A stretch of 62,869 nucleotides of DNA, the filler included, from Neolecta irregularis DAH-3 (taxonomy: Eukaryota), in NCBI GenBank assembly GCA_001929475.1. It is 9 parts of 9 records of this genome, joined end to end, with 100 filler letters (N's around TTAATTAATTAA, not from the genome) between each part and the next. Parts side by side here need not be neighbours in the genome. Positions count along the whole stretch, not along the records: positions 59,688 to 60,824 come from LXFE01000521.1; positions 60,925 to 62,869 come from LXFE01000527.1; 7 more parts are not named here. One strand, 5' to 3'. Positions within the stretch are counted from its first letter, which is position 1, and the number at the start of each line of letters is the position of its first letter. The notes below the pieces were generated by a model, which saw only the letters and a program-made list of their open reading frames with translations, was not told where the DNA came from and made no database searches. Shown piece by piece: positions 60,084-62,869 of the stretch. A program made the position numbers and the translations under genes.

Positions 60084-60399
60084 TGTAACGGGTTTTCATG
60101 CTAATTGCGACCAAGTGAAATAACAACTCTTATTCTGATACGCACTTAAAACCTGGCGCGCTGGTAACGCCAGGCACTACTGACAATAAATTTCTGATCT
60201 CTGTAAGTGTTGAAGCCCGAGTTTGAATAAGACCAGATTTATTCTAGCCTAAGTGACTGAACTTCGCTGCGGACACACCTAGCCTAAGTGACTTAACTTG
60301 GCTAGGTAATGAACGTATCTACTTGATATAATACAAATTAATTGCCGCAACATTATTGCAAGCCTTCCTTCCGTAATGGTAAGCTCATGTATGCTTACA
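60084..60399. mobile_element. Probable solo LTR (316 bp)
   Basis: TGTAA...TTACA termini; 5-bp TSD GTCGC/ATCGC (4 of 5 match). Confidence 0.55.
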
Positions 60400-60960
60400 A
60401 TCGCTGTCTTTCCTCTTGTCTCAGTGGACGTATGTGTTCCGGTCTCTCCTTTTGTCTCAACTGACTGTTGCTTGTCCCGGCTGTTTCACATGTGAACTCT
60501 ACTGGAAATGTCTTTAAAAGAGGGGCTAGATCGCCCCCTTGTAGAAATACTTTTAACTACCTCGATCTGATCTCAATTCTCAACGATTCCGTGAGACTAT
60601 ATCGGCCAAAAACACCAAACAAAAATTCACAAGTTCTATTGACAGCTGCACAATAACCTCTTGGTTTTATCTGCCCCTTTGATATTTGAACTTGCTCTTA
60701 GCGCCTGTCGAGATGAATCTTAGAAAGTTGTACGTTATTTCCATTCTTACCAGCTCACAAAAGTGCCTTGCTGTGTCACGCTGTGATCCTATCACAGGTG
60801 CTGCTTGCAGTGTCAATGAATGAGNNNNNNNNNNNNNNNNNNNNNNNNNNNNNNNNNNNNNNNNNNNNTTAATTAATTAANNNNNNNNNNNNNNNNNNNN
60901 NNNNNNNNNNNNNNNNNNNNNNNNGCCGCTGCTGCTGCTGCTGCCGCCGCCCTCGCAGCG

Positions 60961-61606
60961 ATGGCCTCATCCTCCCGCTGCTGCCCGCCGTCTCTCCACT
61001 CGCCCGCCTCCTCCAGCCACTCCGCCTCCTTCTTTGCAGAGTCCTATGTCGCCCGCCTCAGACGCAGCAAGGCCACCGTCTGGAGCGACATCGGCCCCCT
61101 CGAGGACCGCGTCCCCCTCAAAACACGCAAGGGCATCGCAAAAAGGATTGGCGGCATGAAGGCACGCTCTCCGCCCCCCCGTCCCCCCCATTGACCCACC
61201 CCCGCAGGCAAAGATCCTCCCCGGCAAACCCCAGTACTCCCCGCCCCTCGAAATCCTGCCCCTCCACTCAACCCTCACCCCAAGGCTCAGCGCCTCCGAA
61301 GTAGAACCCGACAGCGACACCTTTTCCCGCTTCTCCAGCGGCCCCTCCACCCGCCAGCGCAACAACACCATCGGCGGAAGCCTCCATTCAAACCCCAGCT
61401 ATCGCCAGCGCACCTGGAGTGACTGTACTACCTTTGCTCCTTCCTCCCCCATTTGACCCTTCCCAGTAGGTCCAAGTGACTCTGTCAGCGAGCCCCGCGT
61501 ACAGGACGGCAGAACAAGCCCAGTTCAAATGCAATACGCCCACCGTGACTCCCTCGAAGACCGCCCAAAAACAAAACTCTACGTCGCAAACCTCTCAGAC
61601 GACTAA
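60961..61606 (+). CDS. Uncharacterised fungal protein, 2 introns (first is GC-AG)
   Basis: Spliced product carries YVARLRRSKATVWSD.G, PRLSASEV and KLYVAN; introns 61162-61207 and 61425-61466 keep the frame. Confidence 0.6.
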
Positions 61607-62638
61607 CCCTTCTCCATCTTTTTCTCCCCTATTCTCTTTTTTTCGAGTTTTGTTTTTGATATTTGGTAAAACCAGGATTCCCCTGGCATGTGATGTAATG
61701 TGACGTAATGTGATGTGATTGAGTCTCAGTGTTGATATTCACAATGTATTTGTTGAACGATAACTGTTAATGCTTGCATCTTGTCGGTCGCTTGTATATG
61801 TTTGTACCTTGCCAGTATCGTACTTGTATCGTGTCTACATGTCGTATCTCCGAGCCAAGTATCCCGATTGATGTAGTATTATGCCGTATGTATCGTATCA
61901 TCCCCTATGTATCGTATTTATACTATCAAGTCGAGTCTTATCGCTACACATGATAAAGCACTCTGTCTTGATTATCTAATGATGTCATACCTTGATCGGT
62001 TTCAGAGTCGTAGAACTGCAGAGGGCAAAGAAGTAAGTGGAGGATTGTTGATAATAGTGGGATATTGGTTGGGGAGAAGAACTACCACAAGAGGGAGCTA
62101 TAATTGGCTCAACAGCCCACCAGCAAACGCAGGCAGCTAAAGCACTACATAAATCAAGACAACGGAATTGGCAAGACATTATCTCCTAACCCTTTGCCAA
62201 CTCTCTTTCAATATTTATTCAAAGCAACTACAGGCCGGCTAGCGAATGTTATCGAAAAGGCACTAGTCGACTTGGTAAAGTCACTTGCCACCGTGTTACG
62301 TCATGGAACCAATGATTTCGCCGAGACTAATCAAGATCTAGCCCAGTCGGTCATCATGTTGATCAATAAAGTACTGATTGGTCCGAGTAGACATCGACTC
62401 TCCTAGAAAATCGGTATTTTATTAAAGAATACTTCTGTTTTCCTTTGACGGCAGTATCAAGGATGGAATATCAGGGTTTTCTGACAGAAAAATCCTGCCA
62501 AGAAAGATCACTGTGAAATCGTGGAAATAATGCCTTCAACAATAGAGGTTAGTTGGTTTTTATATCATCTTCGTTTGATGCTGCTTTGAAATATATATGT
62601 TCTCATTATTCATAATCTAGTGTGATGGTCATTAGGCT

Positions 62639-62869
62639 TGTCGTAAAGAAATACTAAACTGTGGATTTTTGCCTAACATGTCACTATCAGGACTCCTCAT
62701 CCAAGCTCCCTCCTCCCCTCTTCCTCCACGGTTTTTATTATCACCTATCTCATTCGCGATTCATTATCCTACCGTCCTCTGTCTTCTTGAGAGTATCTTC
62801 GTGCCGGGAGTATGGGGCGTGCTGACGAGTCACCGTATATAAAACGGGGCTTAGCTTAGCTTTTCCTTT
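62639..62869 (+). mobile_element. LTR family A copy, truncated by the window end
   Basis: Begins TGTCGTAAAGAAAT; aligns to 2868-3125 with a ~28-bp internal deletion. Confidence 0.9.

Overview
Eukaryotic (fungal, ascomycete) draft-genome sequence. It is nine separate scaffolds joined by artificial 100-nt linkers (44 N + TTAATTAATTAA + 44 N), so adjacency across linkers means nothing. Very compact genes, 31-50 nt introns, TTAGGG-type repeats and fission-yeast-like proteins suggest an early-diverging ascomycete (Taphrinomycotina, possibly Neolecta-like); this is inference only. Three gene-dense core scaffolds (14686-57898) carry about 27 housekeeping genes: PPT1, SKI2, profilin, NSE1, GOT1, ASH2, WHI2, ENP1, SLH1, RLP24, MTQ2, TPT1, RPS3, DBP8, SPF1, Rab5, RPS7, KRI1, ORC5, RSM27, NCE101, PIN4-like, cofilin, NOP2, striatin and alpha-tubulin. 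They also carry two box C/D snoRNA candidates. The short accessory scaffolds are rich in nested solo LTRs (several with exact 4-bp TSDs), decayed pogo/CENP-B (Abp1-like) transposons, satellites and interstitial telomeric repeats, and they host a GT25, a fatty-acid hydroxylase and two lineage-specific secreted proteins. The most novel candidate is a TE-embedded island of two divergent secreted-protein genes. One of them, once a 39-nt intron is removed, reads signal peptide + PAN/apple-like Cys domain + Ulp1/CE-clan-like region + bipartite NLS. All gene models were spliced by eye and no database search was run.
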